From Haplodiscus bocki (taxonomy: Eukaryota), in contig OZ296653.1 in the NCBI GenBank assembly GCA_965655095.1, forward strand, positions 81,716,001-81,780,000: 64,000 nt of DNA. The letters are read 5' to 3'. This document shows positions 1 through 15,000 of the stretch, piece after piece. Numbering within the stretch: the first letter of the stretch is position 1; every line of letters begins with the position of its first letter. The position numbers were made by a program, and so were the translations under genes. A model generated the notes under the pieces. That model was not told where the DNA came from and searched no databases. It saw only the letters and a list, made by a program, of their open reading frames with translations.

Positions 1-3000
1 TCTATCGAATGTCCAGCAAGACATTCTCGTACTTTGATTGGCGATGTTTCGGGAATGTTATCAAGACATCATTCTATGCATCCAGTGTAACATTTCCGCT
101 GAACAACTCTTCAAAATGATCGTGAATTTGCTGTCAGGTTTTGAGTAAATAAGGGACCCAAGCAAAAAAAGTCTGTAACTCGATCGTAAAAACTATAGCA
201 AAGTTGTCAACTCGGCATTGTACGCTCCAAAGGAACAATTTAAGAAAAAAACGTTCTGGTTACTAGCTTCAACAATTTTTCTCTCACCTCCGTCGACATG
301 TTATCGGACTTTGTGCGAAACACCTTCGACTGTGTTACCAAAACTGCTCTATACGTGTCCGCATGAACACTTTGGGAAAAATAAAAGGTTCGAATTTTCA
401 CAAATTTTTTGTGATATAGCACAAAAGCTACCGTGTTTGAGCTAAATCTACAGGACACGGATGTCAATTCTGCATTTTCTGTGGCCTGACAAGCCGTTTG
501 GGAAAAAAACGTTTCGAAAAATTGTAATCTTTTATGATCGTTTGAGCAAAAAAAACTTTCGCACATTGAGCGAAAGATTTTCGGCAAGTTTCTGAAAGCA
601 GCAATCTACGTGCCCAGAGAAAAATTTCGAGTGGCAAATTTTCCGTAAAAAGTTTCAAGTTTCCGAAGTTTTGTGTCGGACTTTCTGAGGAAAAGTACCG
701 TCAATTGTGCGAGCAAACTTCTACAGGGTTATCGAAACTTCGTTCTATGAACCATGAAGAACACTTTGAGTCGAAAGGTCGTTCCAAAGTTTTTTGAAAA
801 ATTTTGTCATCAGATGTCCACTAAAAAAATTTCGGGCTACGATGGAGGAACATTCGGCATTTCGGCAAGGTTGTTGAAAATGCCTTTTGTGTTCTCGAAG
901 GAACACTTTACGCGGAAACGTTGATCGAAAACTTCTTCCATATTCAGTTTTTTTGTTTTAATTTCCCTCAACACGTTTTTCTACCTTGATTGGTAAAACT
1001 TCGGCAATGTTATCAAAACGTCACCCAATGCATCCACAGAAGCATTCTGGTTAAACAAATTCCAAGAGTTTTTTTTGTTTTCTTTCCGTATTTCGAGCAA
1101 AACTATTGGCACTTGATCCACAAAAATTCAGCAAAGTTGTCCAGTCTGATTTTTACGTAACCAAAGGAACAATTTTGGAGAAAAATCCCCAAAAACAGAC
1201 AGGACATCTTTTTGTGAGGTTCACGGAAGTGATATCAGTTTTTCGTAGAAGTTTTTTGGAAGTCATATCAAAAATTCTTCTGTTGTGTTCAGGAAAAGGG
1301 GTGATTTTGAGAAACATTTTTCTTTTGAAAATTTTCCATTTCAAAACTCTTTGATTTCAGTCAGCGTGAAAAACTCGGACACTGAAGCAAACAATTTCGA
1401 GTTTTATTTTAAAAAACTTTGAAAGCTGTCAAATCTAGAGTTTGCGTGTCAGAGAGAACAGTTTCGAAGATAGATTTTCGAGAACAGATCAGAAATTATT
1501 CTCAGAACTTCACCATAATAAGATCGGTCCTTAGCACATTTTTTTCGGCAGTGTTATCAAAACTGCATTCTACGTGTGAAGAGAAACATTTTCTGTCTCG
1601 AGTCTTTGCCAAAAAAATCAAGTTTTTTTATTTCGGTTTTTCTTTTGAAAAACACCGTTCTTTGCGCAAACATGTTTTGGCAGGCTCATCAAAACTGCAA
1701 TATATGTATTGTTAGCACCATTTTGGGTTGAAAAGTTGTTCAAATTTTGATTGAAGAAATTTTCTATCGAATGTCCAGCAAGCCATTCTCGTACTTTGAT
1801 TGGCGATGTTTCGGGAATGTTATCAAGACATCATTCTATGCATCCAGTGTAACATTTCCGCTGAACAACTCTTCAAAATGAACGTGAATTTGCTGTCAGG
1901 TTTTGAGTAAATAAGGGACCCAAGCAAAAAAAAGTCTGTAACTCGATCGTAAAAACTATAGCAAAGTTGTCAACTCGGCATTGTACGCTCCAAAGGAACA
2001 ATTTAAGAAAAAAACGTTCTGGTTACTAGCTTCAACAATTTTCTCTCACCTCCGTCGACATGTTATCGGACTTTGAGCGAAACACCTTCGACTGTGTTAC
2101 CAAAACTGCTCTATACGTGTCCACATGAACACTTTGGGAAAAATAAAAGGTTCGAAGTTTCACAAAATTTTTGTGATATAGCACAAAAGCTACCGTGTTT
2201 GAGCTAAATCTACAGGACACGGATGTCAATTCTGCATTTTCTGTGGCCTGACAAGCCGTTTGGGAAAAAACGTTTCGAAAAATTGTAATCTTTTATGATC
2301 GTTTCAGCAAAAAAAACTTTCGCACATTGAGCGAAAGATTTTCGGCAAGTTTCTGAAAGCAGCAATCTACGTGCCCAGAGAAAAATTTCGAGTGGCAAAT
2401 TTTCCGTAAAAAGTTTCAAGTTTCCGAAGTTTTGTGTCGGACTTTCTGAGGAAAAGTACCGTCAATTGTGCGAGCAAACTTCTACAGGGTTATCGAAACT
2501 TCGTTCTATGAACCATGAAGAACACTTTGAGTCGAAAGGTCGTTCCAAAGTTTTTTGAAAAATTTTGTCATCAGATGTCCACTAAAAAAATTTCGGGCTA
2601 CGATGGAGGAACATTCGGCATTTCGGCAAGGTTGTTGAAAATGCCTTTTGTGTTCTCGAAGGAACACTTTACGCGGAAACGTTGATCGAAAACTTCTTCC
2701 ATATTCAGTTTTTTTGTTTTAATTTCCCTCAACACGTTTTTCTACCTTGATTGGTAAAACTTCGGCAATGTTATCAAAACGTCACCCAATGCATCCACAG
2801 AAGCATTCTGGTTAAACAAATTCCAAGAGTTTTTTTTTGTTTTCTTTCCGTATTTCGAGCAAAACTATTGGCACTTGATCCACAAAAATTCAGCAAAGTT
2901 GTCCAGTCTGATTTTTACGTAACCAAAGGAACAATTTTGGAGAAAAATCCCCAAAAACAGACAGGACATCTTTTTGTGAGGTTCACGGAAGTGATATCAG

Positions 3001-6000
3001 TTTTTCGTAGAAGTTTTTTGGAAGTCATATCAAAAATTCTTCTGTTGTGTTCAGGAAAAGGGGTGATTTTGAGAAACATTTTTCTTTTGAAAATTTTCCA
3101 TTTCAAAACTCTTTGATTTCAGTCAGCGTGAAAAACTCGGACACTGAAGCAAACAATTTCGAGTTTTATTTTAAAAAACTTTGAAAGCTGTCAAATCTAG
3201 AGTTTGCGTGTCAGAGAGAACAGTTTCGAAGATAGATTTTCGAGAACAGATCAGAAATTATTCTCAGAACTTCACCATAATAAGATCGGTCCTTAGCACA
3301 TTTTTTTCGGCAGTGTTATCAAAACTGCAATCTACGTGTGAAGAGAAACATTTTCTGTCTCGAGTCTTTGCCAAAAAAATCAAGTTTTTTTATTTCGGTT
3401 TTTTTTTGAAAAACACCGTTCTTTGCGCAAACATTTTTTGGCAGGCTCATCAAAACTGCAATATATGTATTGTTAGCACCATTTTGGGTTGAAAAGTTGT
3501 TCAAATTTTGATTGAAGAAATTTTCTATCGAATGTCCAGCAAGACATTCTCGTACTTTGATTGGCGATGTTTCGGGAATGTTATCAAGACATCATTCTAT
3601 GCATCCAGTGTAACATTTCCGCTGAACAACTCTTCAAAATGAACGTGAATTTGCTGTCAGGTTTTGAGTAAATAAGGGACCCAAGCAAAAAAAGTCTGTA
3701 ACTCGATCGTAAAAACTATAGCAAAGTTGTCAACTCGGCATTGTACGCTCCAAAGGAACAATTTAAGAAAAAAAACGTTCTGGTTACTAGCTTCAACAAT
3801 TTTTCTCTCACCTCCGTCGACATGTTATCGGACTTTGAGCGAAACACCTTCGACTGTGTTACCAAAACTGCTCTTTACGTGTCCGCATGAACACTTTGGG
3901 AAAAATAAAAGTTTCGAAGTTTCACAAAATTTTTGTGATATAGCACAAAAGCTACCGTGTTTGAGCTAAATCTACAGGACACGGATGTCAATTCTGCATT
4001 TTCTGTGGCCTGACATGCCGTTTGGGAAAAAACGTTTCGAAAAATTGTAATCTTTTATGATCGTTTGAGCAAAAAAAAACTTTCGCACATTGAGCGACAG
4101 AGTTTCGACAAATTTGTGAAAGCAGCAATCTACCTGCCCAGAGAAAAATTTTGAGTGGCAAGTTTTTCCGTAAAAAGTTTCAAGTTTCCGAAGTTTTGTG
4201 TCGGACTTTCTGAGGAAAAGTACCGTCAATTGTGCGAGCAAACTTCTACAGGGTTATCGAAACTTCGTTCTATGAACCATGAAGGACACTTTGAGTCGAA
4301 AGGTCGTTCCAAAGTTTTTTGAAAAATTTTGTCATCAGATGTCCACTAAAAAAATTTCGGGCTACGATGGAGGAACATTCGGCATTTCGGCAAGGTTGTT
4401 GAAAATGCCTTTTGTGTTCTCGAAGGAACACTTTACGCGGAAACGTTGATCGAAAACTTCTTCCATATTCAGTTTTTTTTGTTTTAATTTCCAGCAACAC
4501 GTTTTTCTACCTTGATTGGTAAAACTTCGGCAATGTTATCAAAACGTCACCCAATGCATCCACAGAAGCATTCTGGTTAAACAAATTCCAAGAGTTTTTT
4601 TTGTTTTCTTTCCGTATTTCGAGCAAAACTATTGGCACTTGATCCACAAAAATTCAGCAAAGTTGTCCAGTCTGATTTTTACGTAACCAAAGGAACAATT
4701 TTGGAGAAAAATCCCCAAAAACAGACAGGACATCTTTTTGTGAGGTTCACGGAAGTGATATCAGTTTTTCGTAGAAGTTTTTTGGAAGTCATATCAAAAA
4801 TTCTTCTGTTGTGTTCAGGAAAAGGAGTGATGTTGAGAAACATTTTTCTTTTGAAAATTTTCCATTTCAAAACTCTTTGATTTCAGTCAGCGTGAAAAAC
4901 TCGGACACTGAAGCAAACAATTTCGAGTTTTATTTTAAAAAACTTTGAAAGCTGTCAAATCTAGAGTTTGCGTGTCAGAGAGAACAGTTTCGAAGATAGA
5001 TTTTCGAGAACAGATCAGAAATTATTCTCAGAACTTCACCATAATAAGATCGGTCCTTAGCACATTTTTTTCGGCAGTGTTATCAAAACTGCAATCTACG
5101 TGTGAAGAGAAACATTTTCTGTCTCGAGTCTTTGCCAAAAAAATCAAGTTTTTTTATTTCGGTTTTTTTTTGAAAAACACCGTTCTTTGCGCAAACATTT
5201 TTTGGCAGGCTCATCAAAACTGCAATATATGTATTGTTAGCACCATTTTGGGTTGAAAAGTTGTTCAAATTTTGATTGAAGAAATTTTCTATCGAATGTC
5301 CAGCAAGACATTCTCGTACTTTGATTGGCGATGTTTCGGGAATGTTATCAAGACATCATTCTATGCATCCAGTGTAACATTTCCGCTGAACAACTCTTCA
5401 AAATGAACGTGAATTTGCTGTCAGGTTTTGAGTAAATAAGGGACCCAAGCAAAAAAAGTCTGTAACTCGATCGTAAAAACTATAGCAAAGTTGTCAACTC
5501 GGCATTGTACGCTCCAAAGGAACAATTTAAGAAAAAAAACGTTCTGGTTACTAGCTTCAACAATTTTTCTCTCACCTCCGTCGACATGTTATCGGACTTT
5601 GAGCGAAACACCTTCGACTGTGTTACCAAAACTGCTCTTTACGTGTCCGCATGAACACTTTGGGAAAAATAAAAGTTTCGAAGTTTCACAAAATTTTTGT
5701 GATATAGCACAAAAGCTACCGTGTTTGAGCTAAATCTACAGGACACGGATGTCAATTCTGCATTTTCTGTGGCCTGACATGCCGTTTGGGAAAAAACGTT
5801 TCGAAAAATTGTAATCTTTTATGATCGTTTGAGCAAAAAAAAACTTTCGCACATTGAGCGACAGAGTTTCGACAAATTTGTGAAAGCAGCAATCTACCTG
5901 CCCAGAGAAAAATTTTGAGTGGCAAGTTTTTCCGTAAAAAGTTTCAAGTTCCCGAAGTTTTGTGTCGGACTTTCTGAGGAAAAGTACCGTCAATTGTGCG

Positions 6001-9000
6001 AGCAAACTTCTACAGGGTTATCGAAACTTCGTTCTATGAACCACGAAGAACACTTTGAGTCGAAAGGTCGTTCCAAAGTTTTTAGAAAAATTTTGTCATC
6101 AGATGTCCACTAAAAAAATTTCGGGCTACGATGGAGGAACATTCGGCATTTCGGCAAGGTTGATGAAAATGCCTTTTGTGTTCTCGGAAGAACATTTTAC
6201 GGGGAAGCGTTGATCGAAAACTTCTTCTATGTTTGGTATTTTTTGTTTTAATTTCCAGCAGCACGTTTTTGTACCTTGATTGGTAAAACTTCGGCAATGT
6301 TATCAAAACGTCACCCAATGCATTCACAGAAGCATTTTGGTTAAACAATTTCAAAGAGTCTTTTTGTTTTGTTTCCGTATTTCGAGCAAAATTATTGGCA
6401 CTTGATCCAGAAGTATTCAACAAAGTTGTCCAGTCTGATTTTTACGTAACCAGAGGAACAATTTTGGAGAAAAGTCCTTGAAAACAGACTGGACATGTTT
6501 TTGTGATCTTCACGGAAATGATATTCGTTTTTCGTAGAAGTTTTTCGCAAGTCATGTCAAAACTGCTTACGTCGTGTTCAGGAGTAGGGGTGATTTTGGG
6601 AAACATTTTGCTTGCAAAAGTTTTTCACTTTAAAACTTTTTGGTTTCTTTCAGCGTGAAAAACTCGAATCCTGACTGAACCAATTTTGAGTTTTTATTTA
6701 AAAAATTTCAAAAGCCGTCAAATCTAGATTTTGTGTGTCAGAGAGAACAATTTAGAAGATATGTTTTCAATAACAGATCAAAAATTTTTCTCAGAACTTC
6801 ACCAAAATAGTATCGGACCTTCAGCACAATTTTTTTGGCAATGTTTTTGAAACTGCATTCCACATATGCCAAGAAACATTTTCTGTTTCAAGTGTTTTTC
6901 CGAAAAAAACTTTCAAGTTCATTTTCTTTCGCTTTTTTTTGAGAAACTCCGTACCTTGAGCAAACATGTAGTGGCAGGCTCATCAAAACTGCAATATATG
7001 TATTGTGAGCACCATTTTGGGTTGAAAAGTTGTTCAAATTTTGATTGAAGGAATTTTCTATCGAATGTCCAGCAAGACATTCTCGTACTTTGATTGGCGA
7101 TGTTTCGGGATTGTTATCAAGACATCATTCTATGCATCCAGTGTAACATTTCCGCTGAACAACTCTTCAAAATGAACGTGAATTTGCTGTCAGGTTTTGA
7201 GTAAATAAGGGACCCAAGCAAAAAAAGTCTGTAACTCGATCGTAAGAACTATAGCAAAGTTGTCAACTCGGCATTGTACGCTCCAAAGGAACAATTTAAG
7301 AAAAAAAACGTTCTGGTTACTAGCTTCAACAATTTTTCTCTCACCTCCATCGACATGTTATCGGACTTTGATCGAAACACCTTCGACTGTGTTACCAAAA
7401 CTGCTCTTTACGTGTCCGCATGAACACTTTGGGAAAAATAAAAGTTTCGAAGTTTCACAAAATTTTTGTGATATAGCACAAAAGCTACCGTGTTTGAGCT
7501 AAATCTACAGGACACGGATGTCAATTCTGCATTTTCTGTGGCCTGACAAGCCGTTTGGGAAAAAACGTTTCGAAAAATTGTAATCTTTTATGATCGTTTG
7601 AGCAAAAAAGCTTTCGCACATTGAGCGACAGATTTTCGGCAAGTTTCTGAAAGCAGCAATCTACGTGCCCAGAGAAAACTTTCGAGTTGCAAAATTTCCG
7701 TGAAAAGTTTCAAGTTTCCGAAGTTTTGTGTCGGAATTTCTGAGGAAAATTACCGTCAATTGTGCGAACAAACTTCTACAGGGTTATCGAAACTTCGTTC
7801 TATGAACCATGAAGAACACTTTGAATCCAAAGGTGGTTCCAAAGTTTTTGAAAATTTTTGTTATCAGATGTCCACTAAAAAAATTTCGGGCTACGATGGA
7901 GGAACATTCGGCATTTCGGCAAGGTTGCTGAAAATGCCTTTTATATTCTCGAAGGAACATTTTATGAGAAAACGTTGATCGAGAACTTCTTTCATATTCG
8001 TTCTTTGATTCGATTTCTAGCAAACTGTTTTCGTATTTTGATGGCAAAATTTTTGGCATTGTTGGCAAAACATCATTCAATGCATCCAGAGAAGCATTCT
8101 GGTTAAACAAACTCCAAGAGTTTTTTTGTTTTCTTTCCGGTTTTCGAGCAAAAATTCTGGAACTTGATCCATAAGTCTTCAGCAAAGTTGTCCAGTCTGA
8201 TTTTTACGTAACCAGAGGAACAATTTTGGAGAAAAGTCCTTGAAAACAGACAGGACATGTTTTTGTGATCTTCACGGAAATGATATTCGTTTTTCGTAGA
8301 AGTTTTTCGCAAGTCATATCAAAACTGCTTACGTCGTGTTCAGGAGTAGGGGTGATTTTGGGAAACATTTTTCTTGGAAAAGTTTTCCACTTTAAAACTT
8401 TTTGGTTTCTTTCAGCGTGAAAAACTCGAATCCTGACTGAACCAATTTTGAGTTTTTATTTAAAAAAATTCAAAAGCCGTCAAATCTAGATTTTGTGTGT
8501 CAAAGAGAACAATTTAGAAGATAGGTTTTCAATAACAGATCGAAAATTTCCCTCAGAACTTCACCAAAAGAGTATCGGACCTTCAGCACAATTTTTTCGG
8601 CAATGTTAATGAAACTGCATTCCACATATGCAAAGAAACATTTTCTGCTTCAAGTGTTTTTCCAAAAAAAAATTCAAGTTCATTTTCTTTCGCTTTTTTT
8701 TGAAAAACTCCGTACCTTGTGCAAACATGTATTGGCAGGCTCATCAAAACTGCAATACATGTATTGTGAGCACCATTTTGGGTTGAAAAGTTGTTCAAAT
8801 TTTTATTGAAGTATTTTTCTATTGAATGTCCAGTAAGACACTTCCGTACTTTGATTGGGAATGTTTTGGGAATTTCAGCAAAACATTAACCTAGACATCC
8901 GCAGGAACCTTTTCGTTGAACAACTCTTCCAAAAGAACGTGAATTTGCTGTGAGGTTTTGAGTTAAAAAATGAACCCAAGCAGTACAAACCTGTAACTTG

Positions 9001-12000
9001 ATCGTAAAAATGCTACAAAAGATGTCAACTCGGAATTGTACGCTCCAAAGGAACTTTTTAAAAAATGTTTCGAGAGAGCACCTGCCACAAAATTTCTGTC
9101 ACATCCGCCAAATTGCTATTGGATTTCGAGCGAAACTTTTTCGAAGGTGTTATCAAGACTGCTCTTTACATGTCTAGATGAGCATTATGAGAAAATCAAA
9201 AGTTTGAAAATTTTTACAAACTTTTTGTGATTTAACACAAAAGCTACCGTGTTTGAGCTAAATCTTCACGACAAGGATGTCAAATCTCCAATTGCTGTGT
9301 CCCGGGAAAACATTTGGGGAATAAAATTTCGAACATTTGTATTATTTTCGAACATCTGCGCAATAAAAGCTTTCGCACATTGAGCGACAGAGTTTCGACA
9401 AATTTGTGAAAGCAGCAATCTACCTGCCCAGAGAAAAATTTTGAGTGGCAAGTTTTTCCGTAAAAAGTTTCAAGTTCCCGAATTTTTGTGTCGGAGTTTC
9501 TGAGGAAAAGTACCGTCAATTGTGCGAGCAAACTTCTACAGGGTTATCGAAACTTCGTTCTATGAACCATGAAGAAAACTTTGAGTCGAAAGGTCGTTCC
9601 AAAGTTTTTAGAAAAATTTTGTCATCAGATGTCCACTAAAAAAATTTCGGGCTACGATGGAGGAACATTCGGCATTTCGGCAAGGTTGCTGAAAATGCCT
9701 TTTATATTCTCCAAGGAACATTTTATGAGAAAACGTTGATCGAGAACTTCTTTCATATTCGTTCTTTGATTCGATTTCTAGCAAACTGTTTCCGTATTTT
9801 GATGGCAAAATTTTTGGCATTGTTGGCAAAACATCTTTCAATGCATCCAGAGAAGCATTCTGGTTAAACAAACTCCAAGAGTTTTTTTGTTTTCTTTCCG
9901 GCTTTCGAGCAAAAATTCTGGAACTTGATCCATAAGTCTTCAGCAAAGTTGTCGAGTCTGATTTTTACGTGTCCAAAGGAACAACTTTGGAAAAAAATCC
10001 CAAAAAACAGACAGGACATCTTTTTGTGATGTTCACGGAAATGATATCAGTTTTTCGTAGAAGTTTTTTGGAAGTCATATCAAAAATTCTTATGTTGTGT
10101 TCAGGAAATGGGTGATTTTGAGAAACATTTTTCTTTTGAAAATTTTCCATTTCAAAACTCTTTAATTTCAGTCAGCGTGAAAAACTCGGACTCTGAAGCA
10201 AACAATTTCGAGTTTTATTTTAAAAAACTTTGAAAGCTGTCAAATCTAGAGTTTGCGTGTCAGAGAGAACAGTTTCGGAGATAGATTTTCGAGAACAGAT
10301 CAGAAATTATTCTCAGAACTTCACCATAATAAGATCGGTCCTTAGCACATTTTTTAGGCAGTATTATCAAAACTGTAATCTACGTGTGAAGAGAAACATT
10401 TTCGGTCTCGAGTCTTTGCCAAAAAAATCAAGTTTTTTTATTTCGGTTTTTCTTTTGAAAAACACCGTTCTTTGCGCAAACATGTTTTGGCAGGCTAATC
10501 AAAACTGCAATATATGTATTGTGAGCACCATTTTGGGTTGAAAAGTTGTTCAAATTTTTATTGAAGAATTTTTCTATTGAATGTCCAGCAAGACACTTCC
10601 GTACTTTGATTGGGAATGTTTTGGGAATTTCAGCAAAACATTAACCTAGACATCCGCAGGAACCTTTTCGTTGAACAACTCTTCCAAAAGAACGTGAATT
10701 TGCTGTGAGGTTTTGAGTTAAAAAATGAACCCAAGCAGTACAAACCTGTAACTTGATCGTAAAAATGCTACAAAAGATGTCAACTCGGAATTGTACGCTC
10801 CAAAGGAACTTTTTAAAAAATGTTTCGAGAGAGCACCTGCCACAAAATTTCTGTCACATCCGCCAAATTGCTATTGGATTTCGAGCGAAACTTTTTCGAA
10901 GGTGTTATCAAGACTGCTCTTTACATGTCTAGATGAGCATTATGAGAAAATCAAAAGTTTGAAAATTTTTACAAACTTTTTGTGATTTAACACAAAAGCT
11001 ACCGTGTTTGAGCTAAATCTTCACGACAAGGATGTCAAATCTCCAATTGCTGTGTCCCGGGAAAACATTTGGGGAATAAAATTTCGAACATTTGTATTAT
11101 TTTCGAACATCTGCGCAATAAAAGCTTTCGCACATTGAGCGACAGAGTTTCGACAAATTTGTGAAAGCAGCAATCTACCTGCCCAGAGAAAAATTTTGAG
11201 TGGCAAGTTTTTCCGTAAAAAGTTTCAAGTTCCCGAAGTTTTGTGTCGGACTTTCTGAGGAAAAGTACCGTCAATTGTGCGAGCAAACTTCTACAGGGTT
11301 ATCGAAACTTCGTTCTATGAACCACGAAGAACACTTTGAGTCGAAAGGTCGTTCCAAAGTTTTTAGAAAAATTTTGTCATCAGATGTCCACTAAAAAAAT
11401 TTCGGGCTACGATGGAGGAACATTCGGCATTTCGACAAGGTTGTTGAAAATGCCTTTTGTGTTCTCGAAGGAACATTTTATGAGAAAACGTTGATCGAGA
11501 ACTTCTTTCATATTCGTTCTTTGATTCGATTTCTAGCAAACTGTTTTCGTATTTTGATGGCAAAATTTTTGGCATTGTTGGCAAAACATCATTCAATGCA
11601 TCCAGAGAAGCATTCTGGTTAAACAAACTCCAAGAGTTTTTTTGTTTTCTTTCCGGCTTTCGAGCAAAAATTCTGGAACTTGATCCATAAGTCTTCAGCA
11701 AAGTTGTCGAGTCTGATTTTTACGTAACCAAAGGAACAATTTTGGAGAAAAATCCCCAATAACAGACAAGACATCTCTTTGTGATATTCACGGAAATGAT
11801 ATCAGTTTTTCGTAGAAGTTTTTTGGAAGTCATATCAAAAAATCTTATGTTGTGTTCAGGAAATGGGCGATTTTGAGAAACATTTTTCTTTTGAAAATTT
11901 TCCTTTTCAAAACTCTTTGATTTCAGTCAGCGTGAAAAACTCGGACTCTGAAGCAAACAATTTCGAGTTTTATTTTAAAAAACTTTGAAAGCTGTCAAAT

Positions 12001-15000
12001 CTAGAGTTTGCGTGTCAGAGAGAACAGTTTCGAAGATAGATTTTCGAGAACAGATCAGAAATTATTCTCAGAACTTCACCATAATAAGATCGGTCCTTAG
12101 CACATTTTTTTCGGCAGTGTTATCAAAACTGCAATCTACGTGTGAAGAGAAACATTTTCTGTCTCGAGTCTTTGCCAAAAAATCAAGTTTTTTTATTTCG
12201 GTTTTTCTTTTGAAAAACACCGTTCTTTGCGCAGTTATGTTTTGGCAGGGTTATCAAAACTGCAATATTTGTATCGTGATGACCATTTTGAGTTGAAAAG
12301 TTGTTCCAAATTTTTTTAAAGAATTCTTTGTCGAATGTCCAGCAAAAATCTTTCGTAGTTTGATTGGGAAAGTTTCGGCATTATTAGCGAAACATCATTC
12401 TATGCATCCAGAAGAACATTTCCGTTGAACAACTTATCGAAATGAACGTGAACTTCTTTCAGGCTTTGAGTAAAAAAATGGACCCAAGCGAAACATTTCT
12501 GTAACTTGATCGTAAAAACGGTGGGAAAGTTGTCAACTCGGCATTGTACGCTCCAAATGAAGATTTTTTAAAAAAACTTTCCAGAGAAAAGCTTCAACAA
12601 AATTTCTGTCATCTCCGCCGAATTGTTATTAGACTATGAGCGAATTTTTTTCGACAGTGTTATTAGGACAGTTCCTTACCTGTTCAGATGAACATTTTAG
12701 GAAAAACAAAAGTTTCAAAATTTTTACAATTTTTTTGTGATTTAGCACAAAAGCAACCGTGTTTGAGCTAAATCTTCACGACAAGGATGTCAAATCTGCA
12801 TTGTCTGTGTTCTGACAAAACGTTTGTGGAAAAACGTTTTGAAAATTTCTAATTTCTTAAGGCGTTTGGGCAAAAAATCATTCGCACATTGAGCATCGGG
12901 TTTTTGGCAAGTTTGTTAAAGCAGCAGTCTACGTGCCCAGAGAAATAATTTGAGTACTAAGTTTTATCTTACATTTTTTTCATGTTGTCGATGCTTTTTT
13001 TCGAAACTTCTGTGGAAATTTGTCGTTAATCGTGCGAACAAGTTTGGGCTAGGTTATCGAAACATCGTTTTATGCACAAAGATGAAAACTTTGAGCGGAA
13101 AGTTCGTTCCGAGATTTTTGAAAATTTTTTCATCAGATGTCCTGTAAGACTCTTTTGGACTTCGATCGAAGAACACTTGGCAATTCGGCAAGTTTGTCGG
13201 AAAATTATTCTGTGTTCCCAAAGGAATATTTTAAGGGGAAACTTCGATCGAAAACTTCTTTCATATTCGGTTCTTTGATTCGAATTCCAGCAAAATGTTT
13301 TCGTAGTTTGATTGCGAATTTTTCGGCAATACTATCAGAACATCATTTAATGCATCCGGAGAAGCATTGTGGTTGATCAACTTCGAGGAGCCTTTTTGTT
13401 TTGTTTCCGGTTTCAAGAAAAATTTTTATAAAATGGTCCAAAAATCTCCAGCAAAGTAGTCAACTCTGCTTTTTACGAGTCCAAAGAAACCATTCCAGAG
13501 AAGAGTCGTGGAAATTGGATAGGGCATGTTTTTGTGATCTTCACAGAAATGATATCAGATTTTGGTAGGAATTTCTTCAAAACTGCTTACGTCGTGTTCA
13601 GAGGTAGGGGTGATTTTGAGAAATGTTTATCTTCGAAAAGTTTTCCAAATTCGTAACTTTTTTGATTTTCGCTAGCGTGAAACTCTGTGCTGAGGAAAAC
13701 CATTTCGGGTTTTAATCTGAGAACACTTCAAAAGCTGTCAAGTCTAGATTTTACGTGTCTGAGGGAACAATTTTAGAAAATGAGTAGTCAAAAACAGATA
13801 TAGATTTTTTTCAGAACGTCAACAAAAGAATATCGGACTTTCAGCACAACTTCTTCCGCAGTGTTAACAAAACTGCATTCTACGTGTGCAGAGAAACATT
13901 TTCTGTTTCAAGTTTTTTTCCAAAAAGACTTTCAAGTTCATTTTTTTCGCTTTTTAGGCTGAAAAATTCCGTTCTTTGCGGCAACATGTTTTGGCAGGAT
14001 TAACAAAACTGCAGTATATAAATATTCTGAGAATCATTTGGGTTTGAAAAGTTGTCCAACATTTTTTTCAAGTTAACTTGTCGAATAACCAGCAAAACAC
14101 TTTCGTATTTTGTTTGGGAATATTTCGGCAAGGTTAGCAAAACATCATTCTATGCATCGAGAAGAACATTTTCGTTAAACAACTCTTCACAATGAACGTG
14201 AACTTGCTTTCAGGTTTCGAGTGAACAAACGGATCGAAGCGAAACAAATCTAACTTGATCGTAAAAACGGTAGCAACGTTGTCAACCTGGCCTCGTACGC
14301 TCCAAAGGAACAATTTAGGAAGAAAACTTTGCAGAGAATAGCCTGAACAAAACTTCTGTCATCTCCGCCAAAGTGTTACCGGACTTTGACCGAAACTTTT
14401 CGATAGTGTTATCAAAACTGCTCTCTACGTGTCCAGATGAACATTCTGGGAAAATCAAAAGTTTGAAAATTTTTACAAACCTTTTGTGATTTAGCACAAA
14501 AGCTACCGTGTTTGAGCTAAATCTTCACGACAAGGCTGGCAAATCTGCATTGTCTGTGTCCGGACAAAACGTTTGTAGAAAAACGTTTGTAGAAAAACGT
14601 TTCAAAAATTTCGATTTCTTTGGACGTTTGGGCAAAAAAAAACATTCACACATTGAGCGACACATTTTTGGCAAGTTTGTGCAACAGCAAACAGCAAATT
14701 ACGTGCTCAAACAAACTATTTGGGTGGCCAGATTTTCCGTAGGAAGTTTCAAGTTTTCAATTTTTTTGGAAAAAATTACCGCCAATTGTGCAAAAAACAT
14801 TGGGTAGGGTTATCCAAATATCGTTCTATGCACCAAGAAGAACACTTTGAGTGGAACGGTCGTCCAAATTTTTTGAAAAAACTTTTGTTAACCGATGTCC
14901 TAAAAAACACTTTTGGATTTCGATCGAAGAACATTCGGCAATTTGGCAAGGTTGTCGGAATTACATTCTGTGTTCCCGACGGAACAATTTACGGAAACAG

